This document shows, one piece after another, positions 29,698 through 39,563 of a DNA stretch of 64,000 bases. The position numbers were made by a program, and so were the translations under genes. Source of the DNA: an uncultured Candidatus Marinamargulisbacteria bacterium (GTDB taxonomy: Bacteria; Margulisbacteria; Riflemargulisbacteria; GWF2-35-9; DYQY01). Positions within the stretch are counted from its first letter, which is position 1; every line of letters begins with the position of its first letter. The stretch is from NCBI GenBank assembly GCA_964429235.1, contig CAYSAQ010000002.1, positions 8,441 to 72,440 on the forward strand. The letters are read 5' to 3'. The notes under the pieces were generated by a model that was given only the letters and a program-made list of their open reading frames with translations, was not told where the DNA came from and did no database searches.

Positions 29698-30807
29698 ATG
29701 AATTATTTTAGTGAATCATTTATTGAATTAATTATACTATTTTTATATGGGAAACTGCCATTATATAAGGGGGGATATGCAAGAGTTAAGCTTAAGCAGT
29801 TTAATGACTCCCAACGATCAGACATATTGTGGGACATTAAAGAACATGACCTATCAAGTATTTTCAATTTTAGGTTAACTGCTGACGAATGTGAAATCGA
29901 TAACAACATACGAGATAACTATAAAAAGGAAGACGAGGAAACCCCAATTATTAGAAATGGGATGAATGACCTTTTCAAGAATAAGAAAACCGATTTCATG
30001 TCAATCGTGATGACAACACTTGAGATTCAAAATAATTTTGATATCGAACCTGTGGGGTGGATGTATGCGATAGAGCTTATAGATCAAGATAGTCTTGCAT
30101 TACTATTACATTCTTATATAGAAGCATTTCAGCTTGATACGCTAACTTGTGCTAAAGAGAATTTCTATTCTCATAAAAAGTCCCTAGAAATTGTTCCATA
30201 TTTGTTTACGGATTATTACAATGACTATGGCCCTGATTTTAATATAAACAAAGGCTTAATTAGGCTTACGAAGCCAGGGTATGCTCAAACTTTAAAAGCA
30301 GAAGGCTTTGACCTAAGAGCTATAAAAATAAATATAAGAATATATGAGTTGATACTTTCATTAGAAGAACAGGGGTATCTAACAATTAACCAGGCTAATT
30401 TTGATGGTATGCATTTTTTTCTAAACATAGCATTACAAAAAACACCTAAAGAAGTATATGATATCTCAAAATATTGGATATGGTATGGCGACATAAGAGT
30501 AAATAAAACAGATGGAAAAGCATTTTATAAAAACATTGCCTATTCTTTTAGGTCAACTAAGCAAAAGGCATTTAAGTTGCTATGTTTCTTAGTTGCAAAT
30601 GCTGGCAAAAAACTAGATATAGAAGAAACATATGATTCACTGTTTGAAACAGAAGAGAATGAAATTGTAGATAAAAAAGCTGCATTGTCAGATTATACTA
30701 AAGAAATTAAGAAGAATTTTAAGATGCAAGAAGAAGACTATTCGGCAGTAACATTTACAATAACTGGTGAAAATATACTGTTAATCTCAAATCCCCCTAT
30801 AAAATAG
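29698..30807 (+). CDS. Hypothetical protein (369 aa)
   Basis: Long ORF divergent from the XRE gene. The C-terminal part loosely resembles an OmpR-type wHTH (STKQKAFKLLCFLVANAGKKLDIEETYDSLF). No firm family. Confidence 0.55.
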   Translation: MNYFSESFIELIILFLYGKLPLYKGGYARVKLKQFNDSQRSDILWDIKEHDLSSIFNFRLTADECEIDNNIRDNYKKEDEETPIIRNGMNDLFKNKKTDFMSIVMTTLEIQNNFDIEPVGWMYAIELIDQDSLALLLHSYIEAFQLDTLTCAKENFYSHKKSLEIVPYLFTDYYNDYGPDFNINKGLIRLTKPGYAQTLKAEGFDLRAIKINIRIYELILSLEEQGYLTINQANFDGMHFFLNIALQKTPKEVYDISKYWIWYGDIRVNKTDGKAFYKNIAYSFRSTKQKAFKLLCFLVANAGKKLDIEETYDSLFETEENEIVDKKAALSDYTKEIKKNFKMQEEDYSAVTFTITGENILLISNPPIK

Positions 30808-30995
30808 ACCAAATCCCTCCACAATGCTGACTATCATCCCATAATTCTAGGATGAGAAGATATAAGCATGGAAACTTGGACAACAAAAACAGAAAATCAA
30901 ATGAAGGATGTTTTAAGCATTTGGCTCAAAATTATTGAGGACCAGCCAGACATTCTATGTCCAGAAGATTCCAAATAAATAATAAGGAGAAAGGT

Positions 30996-31301
30996 ATGGG
31001 ATTAACAAGATATGAGCAAGAGACAATAATAAATTTTAATGAAGAGGAGGACTTTGTAACAATTTATACGGCTAGCAAAAGAAGTAAGCGTGAAATTGAA
31101 AAAAAAGGTTTTGTTCAATATAAAGACCCTATATTAAACAGAAAGACAAAAAAGCCTATTGCTTGGTTTTTTAAAGGTCCAATAGACAGGTTTTCTTTTA
31201 CAATAAGAAAACGCAGAACTACTTCTGCTATTCAAAGAGAGAAATTACGACAACAGGCCATTGATAACTTCAGTTCTAAGAATCAAAAACAGGGTAAATA
31301 A
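30996..31301 (+). CDS. Hypothetical small basic protein
   Basis: Start refined to the ATG preceded by AAGGAG (30985-30990). The track ORF begins at 30957. Confidence 0.5.
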   Translation: MGLTRYEQETIINFNEEEDFVTIYTASKRSKREIEKKGFVQYKDPILNRKTKKPIAWFFKGPIDRFSFTIRKRRTTSAIQREKLRQQAIDNFSSKNQKQGK

Positions 31302-31347
31302 CAGTGAGTTTGAAATTATTTAATAGAGATGAAAGAGTTAGTATGTA

Positions 31348-31683
31348 ATGAAAAACTTTTTAGCAATAAGACCGATAAATAAACATGAATTTAATAGTCC
31401 AAATAGAAAGAAGAAATCCTTCTCCAAATTGGAAGCAAGAATTTCTTTACAGCTAGATTATGATAACCAAAATTTAGTGAGTTATTCTGGATATTCAACT
31501 TTATGGGAATGGAATCAAAGAACAGTAAAGAATTTTATAGTAGACGCCTGCCTGATGCAAATATCAAGAATAAGTAACGACAGAAAAGCACTAGGAACAT
31601 TGAAGGCAACAGAAGAGGCAAGGAAGCTAGAAAACGATAGTCCTATTATTTTAGATAAAAATGGGTACAGACGTAGAAGCTAA
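31348..31683 (+). CDS. Hypothetical protein (111 aa)
   Basis: ORF track only. No family recognised. Confidence 0.45.
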   Translation: MKNFLAIRPINKHEFNSPNRKKKSFSKLEARISLQLDYDNQNLVSYSGYSTLWEWNQRTVKNFIVDACLMQISRISNDRKALGTLKATEEARKLENDSPIILDKNGYRRRS

Positions 31684-31832
31684 TGATAGCTAAGAAAAAC
31701 ATAGCACAGTACACAAGAGACACGTCTAAATACAAGATACCATACATAACTGGAAGTCTTTCTACAAGCGCATATCAAGCAAATCGTACAGAAGGCGATA
31801 CAAACAACTATATAAATAAAGAAGTTATATAG
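31683..31832 (+). CDS. Possible 49-aa ORF translationally coupled to the preceding gene
   Basis: Its ATG overlaps the upstream TAA (TAATGA). Translates to MIAKKNIAQYTRDTSKYKIPYITGSL... Below the ORF-track size cutoff. Confidence 0.3.
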   Translation: MIAKKNIAQYTRDTSKYKIPYITGSLSTSAYQANRTEGDTNNYINKEVI

Positions 31833-31849
31833 TAAGCGGAGGGTAAGTA

Positions 31850-32722
31850 ATGACAAAGAAGAAGATATTAGAATTTATAGAATTATTCCAAGAAACATAT
31901 ATTGTTTTATTGGATGATAATAAAAAACACAGTCCTATTAAAATAGGTGATTATATTGATTACAAAAAATGTAAAAGAATGAATGATAAAGGATACGGAG
32001 TGTTCTTTACCCCAAATGGTCATAAAAGGGGATGGAAAAAAGATAATCTTTCACAGATTAATTGTTGGTATGTTGATATAGATAAAGGCAGTAAACGCAG
32101 CCAATTGAAAACAATTAAGGCATCGCCAATTAGCCCATCTATAACAATTGAAAGTAAAAGAGGCTATCACTTATATTGGTTAGCTAAAGATGGAACAGCA
32201 TCTAATTTTACAAACATAGAAGAAGGTCTTATTGAATATTTTGGCTCAGACCCAACGACTAAGAAGACAAACCAGCTATTACGAGTGCCTTATTTTTATC
32301 ATAATAAAACACGTAATAGATTTAAGGTTAGAATAACAGAAGTGCAACCGGAACGAGTATATACAGAGGAAGAAATGATGTCGGCCTTCTCAAAAACTAA
32401 AAATGAAGTAATTGATAAGGAAATAAGAGAGCAGAAGAATTTGCACATTATAAAAGAGTACTATGAGATAAAAGAAGTGGACGAATTGTTTAAAGAAAGG
32501 GTAAGAAAAGAAAAGAGTAGAGAATATTTGCTAATATTATCTGGCACTCATTTCGTAAATTATGAGAAATATGATTTTATGCCAAATAAAGATGGGACCT
32601 CCCAAATACTTGTAAACGGAAAACCATCTTCATGCTGGCTAAGAAGGGATGGTTCGATAGGGTCTCATTCAGGTGGCGGACCAACCGTTATACAATGGAT
32701 TCAGTGGTTTCAGAACAAATAA
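31850..32722 (+). CDS. Primase-polymerase (AEP superfamily, prim-pol) domain protein
   Basis: AEP motifs in order: WYVDID (DxD), GYHLYW (sxH), LLRVPYFYHNK (R..P....K). GGAGGG Shine-Dalgarno upstream. Confidence 0.7.
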   Translation: MTKKKILEFIELFQETYIVLLDDNKKHSPIKIGDYIDYKKCKRMNDKGYGVFFTPNGHKRGWKKDNLSQINCWYVDIDKGSKRSQLKTIKASPISPSITIESKRGYHLYWLAKDGTASNFTNIEEGLIEYFGSDPTTKKTNQLLRVPYFYHNKTRNRFKVRITEVQPERVYTEEEMMSAFSKTKNEVIDKEIREQKNLHIIKEYYEIKEVDELFKERVRKEKSREYLLILSGTHFVNYEKYDFMPNKDGTSQILVNGKPSSCWLRRDGSIGSHSGGGPTVIQWIQWFQNK

Positions 32723-33067
32723 TGCCTATAGATAACCAAAAGGGTATATTAAATAGTTATAAACTATAGAAAATACTATATTAAATAAAAAATAATCTAT
32801 ATTCTATGCGTAGAGATGAATCTACAATGCCTACATGATAATAAGTAGTTTTATACTGTAGTTGCTATATATTCACTAAAAATCAGTCATAATAAATATA
32901 AGGCTAAATAATGTAGCTAGTGCCGCGTGTTCGCATGCCCACCTAGTTACAAGACACTAATACCAAATATAAGGAATAATGCTTAGATTATTGGGATTGC
33001 CCGTGATGTATAATAGGTAAAGGTAGTCAGCTATTTTGTGAGGGAGATATTTGTAGGAGGTCTTTCA

Positions 33068-33889
33068 ATGTCTAGTTTGTGGCTAGTGTGCACCAAATGT
33101 AATCATAAGGTCTTAATAGATGAGAAGTTTTTAAAGAAATTGCAGGATTTCGGAAGAGTATTTGATAGGTCCGATTTAAGCACATTTATTTGTTCGGCTT
33201 GCGAATCAAAAAACATTATACTTGTGGAGAAGATGTATGAGGAAGATGAGCAAAAGGCAAAAGAGAAGATCCAGACAGTAACACAGCAGGCTAAAGCGAA
33301 TATGAAAAAAGATAATATTGTTGTGAAAGTGCCAAAAAATACTCGGGAAAAAGCTCCGCGGGACATTGAGCTTCGGTCTGTAGCGGAGAGAACCACAAAG
33401 AAGAGATCTAATAACAAAGTAAAAAAGAGAACAGAATTTAAAGAAGTTAGCTTAATTGATAGTGTAAAAGATTATCATAAGGAACAAGAGGATACACATG
33501 TTAATCACTTAAATGGAAAAAATGTAAGAATGCTTGTATGCATGAGATGTGCTAATAGCTACCCTAGAAAAAGAGATGTAGCTATTGATAAAGATAATCT
33601 TTGTCCTAAATGTTATGAGAAATTAGTGCAGGACAGAAAACAAAAAAGTGAAGAGCACAGGCAGCTAAAGAACAGACAAATAATCAAGGGTGTAAGCATA
33701 GAAGATAAGCCTGCAAGGAAATTGGGTAACAAACCAGCATCAGGGGACCCAGTTAGTTATGACCATATTTTTTCAGGAGACAAAGATGTTAAATCTTGGG
33801 ATTATGGACAAGATGACTATAGGAAACCATGGACAACAAAGCAACAAAGGTCAGGGAGAACTAAGCTTGATGGTTCAAGGACTAAATAG
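33068..33889 (+). CDS. Hypothetical protein with two zinc-ribbon-like CxxC pairs
   Basis: Start refined to the ATG behind AGGAGG. CTKC..CSAC and CMRC..CPKC pairs. Lys/Arg-rich. Confidence 0.5.
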   Translation: MSSLWLVCTKCNHKVLIDEKFLKKLQDFGRVFDRSDLSTFICSACESKNIILVEKMYEEDEQKAKEKIQTVTQQAKANMKKDNIVVKVPKNTREKAPRDIELRSVAERTTKKRSNNKVKKRTEFKEVSLIDSVKDYHKEQEDTHVNHLNGKNVRMLVCMRCANSYPRKRDVAIDKDNLCPKCYEKLVQDRKQKSEEHRQLKNRQIIKGVSIEDKPARKLGNKPASGDPVSYDHIFSGDKDVKSWDYGQDDYRKPWTTKQQRSGRTKLDGSRTK

Positions 33890-33988
33890 CTCAGAATATA
33901 TAGGTTGATTTGAAATAAAAGATAGTGCCTTTAACGGAATCATTTTTGGCGCGAGAGAGTAAGTTTCGGTCATCAATATTAATTATTA

Positions 33989-34324
33989 TTATTTTTTACG
34001 CTTTTTTTTACGTCTTTTTTGTCCAAGACCACCATAAATGTAAGTTTCATAAATTTGATGTGACCTAAAAGGTTTGCCCTTTCTTTTTTCATAAGGGCGT
34101 TGATAGGGGAGTACTGTTATAGATGATAGGGCCTTCCCATTTATTTCACACTGTAATCTGTGTTCACGAATAAATTTCTTAAAATTAACTAATCTCTGCT
34201 CTTGTAAATATCCATGCCAATGAGTTTTGTTCCATTTAAACCCAGCAGCTTTTAGTGTGTCCTTTACCGGGAATGTGTTGCCGGTAATTTTAATTTTTAC
34301 CATTCGTTCAGGAGAGTCCCTCAT
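33989..34324 (-). CDS. Hypothetical small protein with poly-basic tail
   Basis: ORF track. ITGNTFPVKDTLKAAGFKWNKTHW motif. KRRKKKRKK C-terminus. Overlaps the upstream gene by 4 nt. Confidence 0.5.
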   Translation of the reverse strand: MRDSPERMVKIKITGNTFPVKDTLKAAGFKWNKTHWHGYLQEQRLVNFKKFIREHRLQCEINGKALSSITVLPYQRPYEKRKGKPFRSHQIYETYIYGGLGQKRRKKKRKK

Positions 34325-35064
34325 ATTTTGATTGTTTCTAAAAATGGTAATGGTATATCATCGATATCAATATAATCATCAATGATATTGGCTTCTAATT
34401 CGCCATAATTCTCCTCCTTTTCCAGTGCCGGGTAATCCAACCCTTGTTTTTGATATTTTGCTTCTGATAGTTGATTATACGGTAGCTTTGTTTGTGTCAA
34501 TTTATGCCATTTTTCAGGACTAATGATTTTGATAATACATTCTTGCGTAATTTCTTTTATAGTTCCTTGTTTATTTCTTATTATTGTTGGGATTTTTATA
34601 TTTGTTTTGTCCTTTTTGATTTCATTGTTTTCATCCTTTGGGACAAGCCTTACAACAAGCTTCATAAACATATCCTGATCCTTATAAGTCTTTTGAAATG
34701 GAGTGCTGGAAAGCTGTCCATTATTGTTTTTAAAATGGCAACGCAATAAATATCCATCAGATGAAGTTAATCTTTTTAGGTTGTTTATTTCATCTCCAAA
34801 GTAGACGCGGATCTTATATACAAAGTCTCTTTCAACATCTTCATGTTTATGAACAGAATAAAACAGTCTTGCTGCCTCATTTAAATACATAGGGATAATC
34901 AGTTGTTTCTTGATTCTCTTTAGAGACATGGACCCTAAGCCAATAGGTAGCGGTTTCTTGGGTTGTTCTTGCCTAAAAGTTCTTTGAAACGATACTTTTA
35001 AGCTTGAATTACTTTCATGGTCAGGGAAAGTGAACAATATGGTGTTATTAGTTGTTTTTATCAT
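34321..35064 (-). CDS. Hypothetical protein (247 aa), acidic C-terminal region
   Basis: ORF track. No family recognised. Confidence 0.5.
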   Translation of the reverse strand: MIKTTNNTILFTFPDHESNSSLKVSFQRTFRQEQPKKPLPIGLGSMSLKRIKKQLIIPMYLNEAARLFYSVHKHEDVERDFVYKIRVYFGDEINNLKRLTSSDGYLLRCHFKNNNGQLSSTPFQKTYKDQDMFMKLVVRLVPKDENNEIKKDKTNIKIPTIIRNKQGTIKEITQECIIKIISPEKWHKLTQTKLPYNQLSEAKYQKQGLDYPALEKEENYGELEANIIDDYIDIDDIPLPFLETIKI

Positions 35065-35084
35065 TATTAGGCCATTGTAATTAC

Positions 35085-35798
35085 TTATGTTATCCCAAAG
35101 TTTTTCTTAATGTTATCTATTAATTCCTTGTTTTCTTGTTCAAGCATACTTTCGGCTTGTCGTTTCACCATTTCAGGTAGTTGTTTAGCATATTCTACGA
35201 GTTCTTCTTCCCAGGTACCTTCAATAAAGGAATGAATCTCATATTGCGAACAGTTGCCGAAGCCATCATCAGCAAATGCCCCAAATAGTATAAAACAAAC
35301 CACATCATTATATTTTAATGTAATTTCTATAGGCATTTCATCGGTGTTTAGAATAGAATCATAGTTAAGAATTTCTTTTAAACTTTCATCCATATTTAAT
35401 AGCATGGATTTTTCTTCAGGTATTATGAACTCATAGTCCATTTGGAAAGCTCCATTTTTTGATTGGAACTCTGCAGAGTTAATTATTACTTTCTTTCCGT
35501 AAAGCTCATCAAAATCTTTTTCTTCGTGTAAAAAGTGTATATAGATAGAAACCAATGACTCTGGCAGTTTATTCTTAATTGCTTTTTCTTTTTTGCTGAT
35601 AAGTTTTCTTATTAATTCTGCGTTATTATTGTTGGCTCGAGTAGCTTTTTGAGTACTTAATGTAGCTGGCCTGTTCGCATGTTTATTAAGCTTGCTATTG
35701 CGGTCATTCCTATTCTTTTTTGCTTCAAAAAAACGCATCTTCTTTTCAGATTTTTTGCGGGTTAGTTCCATTTCTTTATCATCAAAATATTTGCTCAT
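35085..35798 (-). CDS. Hypothetical protein (237 aa)
   Basis: ORF track. Basic N-terminal third. No family recognised. Confidence 0.5.
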   Translation of the reverse strand: MSKYFDDKEMELTRKKSEKKMRFFEAKKNRNDRNSKLNKHANRPATLSTQKATRANNNNAELIRKLISKKEKAIKNKLPESLVSIYIHFLHEEKDFDELYGKKVIINSAEFQSKNGAFQMDYEFIIPEEKSMLLNMDESLKEILNYDSILNTDEMPIEITLKYNDVVCFILFGAFADDGFGNCSQYEIHSFIEGTWEEELVEYAKQLPEMVKRQAESMLEQENKELIDNIKKNFGIT

Positions 35799-35886
35799 TT
35801 ATAAATAATACTAAATAATTTATGAGCTGTAACTAATGATAGAGTTTAAAGTAATAAACTATTTATGCACTACATGTAAATTTTGA

Positions 35887-36672
35887 TTGAGCAAATGGTC
35901 TAATTCTTTGGTTAATAAAAGCATATATATTTGTAATCCATGCAAACATAAATACTTGTCTGACCGATCAAAAGCAGATGCTTGGAATTATCGTTTTAAC
36001 TGTTCTACTAATTTTGTGGACAGTGAACCACTGCTATGTACTTTGTGTGTGCAGGGGTGTATCATTATTATTATGAGTAAAGTTTTAATTGCAACTATAT
36101 ACCAACATTATTCAGTTATGGCTTCTTCTAATAAGTTTTCTATAGAGAAAATTATTTTACTAATAGATAACAATCCAGATGAAATTATGAATAACAATAT
36201 TAAGCTGATTGAGGAATCGTTAGGCTCTATCATGAAGATAGAGAAAGTTAAAACTGACTTATATGATATCGTTAATGTAGCAACTCAGGCGGTAGAAGTT
36301 ATAGATGGTCTTCCAGAAAAAGATGAGATTTATATAGACATTACTTCAGGGCGTAAGCCAAAGTCATTAGGCTTGTTGTTTGGAGCATATGCTAGAGCGA
36401 AAAAGATAAAAAGAATTTGCTATGTAACAGAAGATACTAAGCAGATAATTAGGCTTCCTAAAATGTCATACACCGCTAACAAAAATGAATGTTTTATTCT
36501 TCATCAGATTCAAAATAAACCAGGTATAAGCACTGTAGAAATAGCAGGCATGCTAGAGATTAACAAAAGCCTTGTTTATCGTTATATAAAAGAGCTTATT
36601 GAGATCGATGCGGTTGATAAAGAGAATGATAGTTTGGAGTTAACAGATTTTGGAAGGATATTGTTGTTGTGA
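35887..36672 (+). CDS. Csa3-like regulator: CARF-like Rossmann domain plus C-terminal MarR-type wHTH
   Basis: KVLIATIY, EKIILLID and IYIDITSGRKPKSLGLLFGAYA follow the CARF/Csa3 strand pattern with a D-x-T-x-G-x-K-type loop. The C-terminus is GISTVEIAGMLEINKSLVYRYIKELIE. The start is uncertain: TTG at 35887 adds a CxxC..CxxC zinc-ribbon-like extension, and ATG at 36073 is the alternative. Confidence 0.5.
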   Translation: MSKWSNSLVNKSIYICNPCKHKYLSDRSKADAWNYRFNCSTNFVDSEPLLCTLCVQGCIIIIMSKVLIATIYQHYSVMASSNKFSIEKIILLIDNNPDEIMNNNIKLIEESLGSIMKIEKVKTDLYDIVNVATQAVEVIDGLPEKDEIYIDITSGRKPKSLGLLFGAYARAKKIKRICYVTEDTKQIIRLPKMSYTANKNECFILHQIQNKPGISTVEIAGMLEINKSLVYRYIKELIEIDAVDKENDSLELTDFGRILLL

Positions 36673-39551
36673 CAACAAATTATCACGCAAAGTATTTTGC
36701 TCACGAAATAACCAAAGCTACCTCAGGGAATAGTACCGATAAGCTATCTATGTCCTTATTTAATGCATGTGTAGACTTAAACCCACACCAGGTAGAAGCT
36801 GCTCTTTTTGCATTTAGATCACCGTTGTCAAAAGGAGTGCTTCTTGCAGATGAGGTTGGCCTTGGAAAAACCATCGAAGCTGGACTTATTCTTTGTCAAT
36901 ATTGGGCTGAAAAAAAACGCAATCTCATTATTATTTGCCCTGCATCTCTAAGAAAACAATGGAGTCTTGAGTTATCTGAAAAATTTAATATTCCTAGTAT
37001 TATTCTTGAAACTAAGACCTATAACAATTTTATTGCCGATGGGAAAAATCCTTTTAATCAACAACAAGTTGTCCTAATGTCCTTTAACTTTGCAAACAAG
37101 ATGAAGTCTGAGATTAGAATCCATAAATGGAATTTAGCTGTAATAGATGAAGCTCATAAATTAAGAAATGTTTATAAACCTCAGAATAAAACTGGCCAAG
37201 GAATAAAATTTGCTTTAGAGGATACAAAGAAGATTTTATTGACAGCGACCCCACTTCAGAATTCATTAATGGAGTTATATGGTCTATCCACAATTATTAA
37301 CGACCATATTTTTGGTGATGCAAAATCTTTTAGGGCACAGTATGTTAATCATGGAGCAGATTTTGAAGAATTAAGAGAACGTTTAGTCTCATTCTCTAAA
37401 AGAACTCTAAGAAAAGATGTTCTGGAATATATAAAATACACTGAGCGAATTGCAATAACAAAAACATTCGAAGCAACTGATAAAGAGCAAGAGCTTTATT
37501 CAAAATTGTCCGAATTTTTGCAACGTGAGGATACATTTGCAATCCCTAAAAGCCAGCGAACATTGATTATTCTTGTCCTCAGAAAACTACTAGCATCATC
37601 TACCCATGCCATTATCGGAACATTAGATACAATTAAATCAAGATTGGAAGCAATTAAAGAAGATTTTTCAATATCTAAGAGGAAGTTAAACTTACAACTA
37701 GACGAAGATATGCAAGAACTTTTGGATGAGGAAGAAGATGAGATAGAGGAATTAAATGACAACGAAGAGTCAGATGAAGAAAAACAGTCTGAAGAAAATA
37801 TAATTAAAGAAAAGCTAGTCTTAATTGATAACGAGATAGCAGAAGTACAATCATTTATTGATATTGCTACAAATATTAAGATCGATTCTAAAACAAAAAA
37901 TTTAATATCAGCATTAGATGTCGGTTTCAGTGAAATGAATAAGGTAGGCGCAAAACGTAAGGCAATTATTTTTACCGAATCTCGAAGAACACAAGATTAT
38001 TTGAAAGAATTTCTTAATGAAAATGGATTTAAAGACAAAGTAGTTATATTTAATGGAACAAATAATTCAAAAGAGACGACTCAAATATATAAGCAATGGA
38101 TAGAAAAGAATAAGGATACGGGAAGGATGAGTGGCTCAACTACTTCGGATAAGCGTAATGCTATTATTGAACACTTTAGAGACTCTGCTGAAATTTTAGT
38201 TGCTACTGAATCGGCAGCAGAAGGCATTAATCTGCAGTTTTGCTCACTACTAGTTAATTATGATCTTCCGTGGAACCCACAGCGCGTAGAACAACGAATA
38301 GGCCGTTGTCATCGTTATGGTCAAAAACACGATGTTGTCGTAATAAACTTTTTAAATACACGTAATGAAGCGGATTGCCATGTATACACTTTACTAAAAG
38401 AGAAGTTTAATTTATTTAACGGTATTTTTGGAGCTTCTGATGAAGTGTTGGGCACAATAGAAAGTGGTGTTGATTTTGAAAAGAAGATACTTTCTATCTA
38501 TCAAACCTGTAGAACTCCTGAACAAATCGACACTGCATTTAACGCACTTCAAAAAGAAATGGATGAAAAAATTCAAAACAAAATGAAGCAAGCTAAGCGA
38601 GCAATACTAGAGCACTTTGATGAAGACGTACATGACAGGTTAAAGGTCAAACTCGATGAAACAAAACAAAACTTAAGTCGTTTGGAGAAAATGTTTTGGA
38701 CAACAACAAAAGTTGCCTTAAATCAATATGCTGATTTTGTTGAAAATGATTGTTCCTTTATGTTGCATCGAAAACCTGTTGGAACAGTATTAACTGGTCA
38801 TTATCAAATGATTTCAAAAGAACGTGATAATCCACAATCAAGATATTTATATCGGCTATCACATCCTTTGGGCGAATACGTTTTAGATAGAGCCAAAGAG
38901 CTTTCTACGGTTGGCGCTGAGTTGGTTTTCGATATATCCAAACATCCAACTAAAATATCGGTTATAGAAGCTTTTAAAAACAAATCTGGATACCTGATGC
39001 TTAATAAACTATCTATCGATTCGTTTGATTTTTCTGAGCATCTTTTATTTAATGGTTTCTCTGACAATAAAGATTTAGATCAGGAAACCTTGGAAAAATT
39101 ATTTCAACTTAACTGTACGGTAAACGATGGTGTAAATATTTCAAAAGAAGTAATAAAAAAACTCAATATTGATGCTAAATATCATGTTGAGGCAATTATT
39201 AATGGGTGTCGAAATAATAATAATGCTTACTTTATAGAAGAAGCAGATCGATTAGAAAAGTGGGCTGAAGATATGGTTAAATCAGCCGAAAAAGAGTTAA
39301 TTGACAACAAACGACTGCTCCGCGAAACAAGACGCCAAGAAAAACAATCCAAAACTTCAGAAGAACGTTTAGATTTTCAAAAGCAGATAAGAGATGCAGA
39401 AACAAAGCAAAGCAAATTACGACGTGAGATTTTTGATATTGAAGATGAAATCCACAAAAAAAGAGACCAGCTAATTAAAGAGCTAGAACAGCAAATGAAA
39501 GAGAAATCAAAACTTGAACAACTGTTTATTATTAAATGGAAAGTTATATAA
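36669..39551 (+). CDS. SNF2-family helicase/ATPase
   Basis: LLADEVGLGKTIEAG (motif I), VIDEAHKLRN (II), LLLTATPLQNS (III), and DLPWNPQRVEQRIGRCHRYGQ (VI). The GTG start overlaps the upstream stop (GTGA). Confidence 0.9.
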   Translation: MTTNYHAKYFAHEITKATSGNSTDKLSMSLFNACVDLNPHQVEAALFAFRSPLSKGVLLADEVGLGKTIEAGLILCQYWAEKKRNLIIICPASLRKQWSLELSEKFNIPSIILETKTYNNFIADGKNPFNQQQVVLMSFNFANKMKSEIRIHKWNLAVIDEAHKLRNVYKPQNKTGQGIKFALEDTKKILLTATPLQNSLMELYGLSTIINDHIFGDAKSFRAQYVNHGADFEELRERLVSFSKRTLRKDVLEYIKYTERIAITKTFEATDKEQELYSKLSEFLQREDTFAIPKSQRTLIILVLRKLLASSTHAIIGTLDTIKSRLEAIKEDFSISKRKLNLQLDEDMQELLDEEEDEIEELNDNEESDEEKQSEENIIKEKLVLIDNEIAEVQSFIDIATNIKIDSKTKNLISALDVGFSEMNKVGAKRKAIIFTESRRTQDYLKEFLNENGFKDKVVIFNGTNNSKETTQIYKQWIEKNKDTGRMSGSTTSDKRNAIIEHFRDSAEILVATESAAEGINLQFCSLLVNYDLPWNPQRVEQRIGRCHRYGQKHDVVVINFLNTRNEADCHVYTLLKEKFNLFNGIFGASDEVLGTIESGVDFEKKILSIYQTCRTPEQIDTAFNALQKEMDEKIQNKMKQAKRAILEHFDEDVHDRLKVKLDETKQNLSRLEKMFWTTTKVALNQYADFVENDCSFMLHRKPVGTVLTGHYQMISKERDNPQSRYLYRLSHPLGEYVLDRAKELSTVGAELVFDISKHPTKISVIEAFKNKSGYLMLNKLSIDSFDFSEHLLFNGFSDNKDLDQETLEKLFQLNCTVNDGVNISKEVIKKLNIDAKYHVEAIINGCRNNNNAYFIEEADRLEKWAEDMVKSAEKELIDNKRLLRETRRQEKQSKTSEERLDFQKQIRDAETKQSKLRREIFDIEDEIHKKRDQLIKELEQQMKEKSKLEQLFIIKWKVI

Positions 39552-39563
39552 CGGAGGGAAATT

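Noticed and set aside
30868-30978. 36-codon ORF (METWTTKTENQMKDVLSIWLKIIEDQPDILCPEDSK) in the gap before 30996.
   Set aside because: There is no convincing Shine-Dalgarno, it overlaps the alternative upstream start of the next ORF, and it cannot be distinguished from chance.
34321-34390. An acidic DDIPLPF stretch near the C-terminus of the 247-aa orphan resembles the SSB C-terminal tip (DDDIPF) that recruits RecQ.
   Set aside because: The SSB tip must be the extreme C-terminus. Here six more residues follow (LETIKI), and no OB-fold signature is evident. The similarity is probably coincidental.
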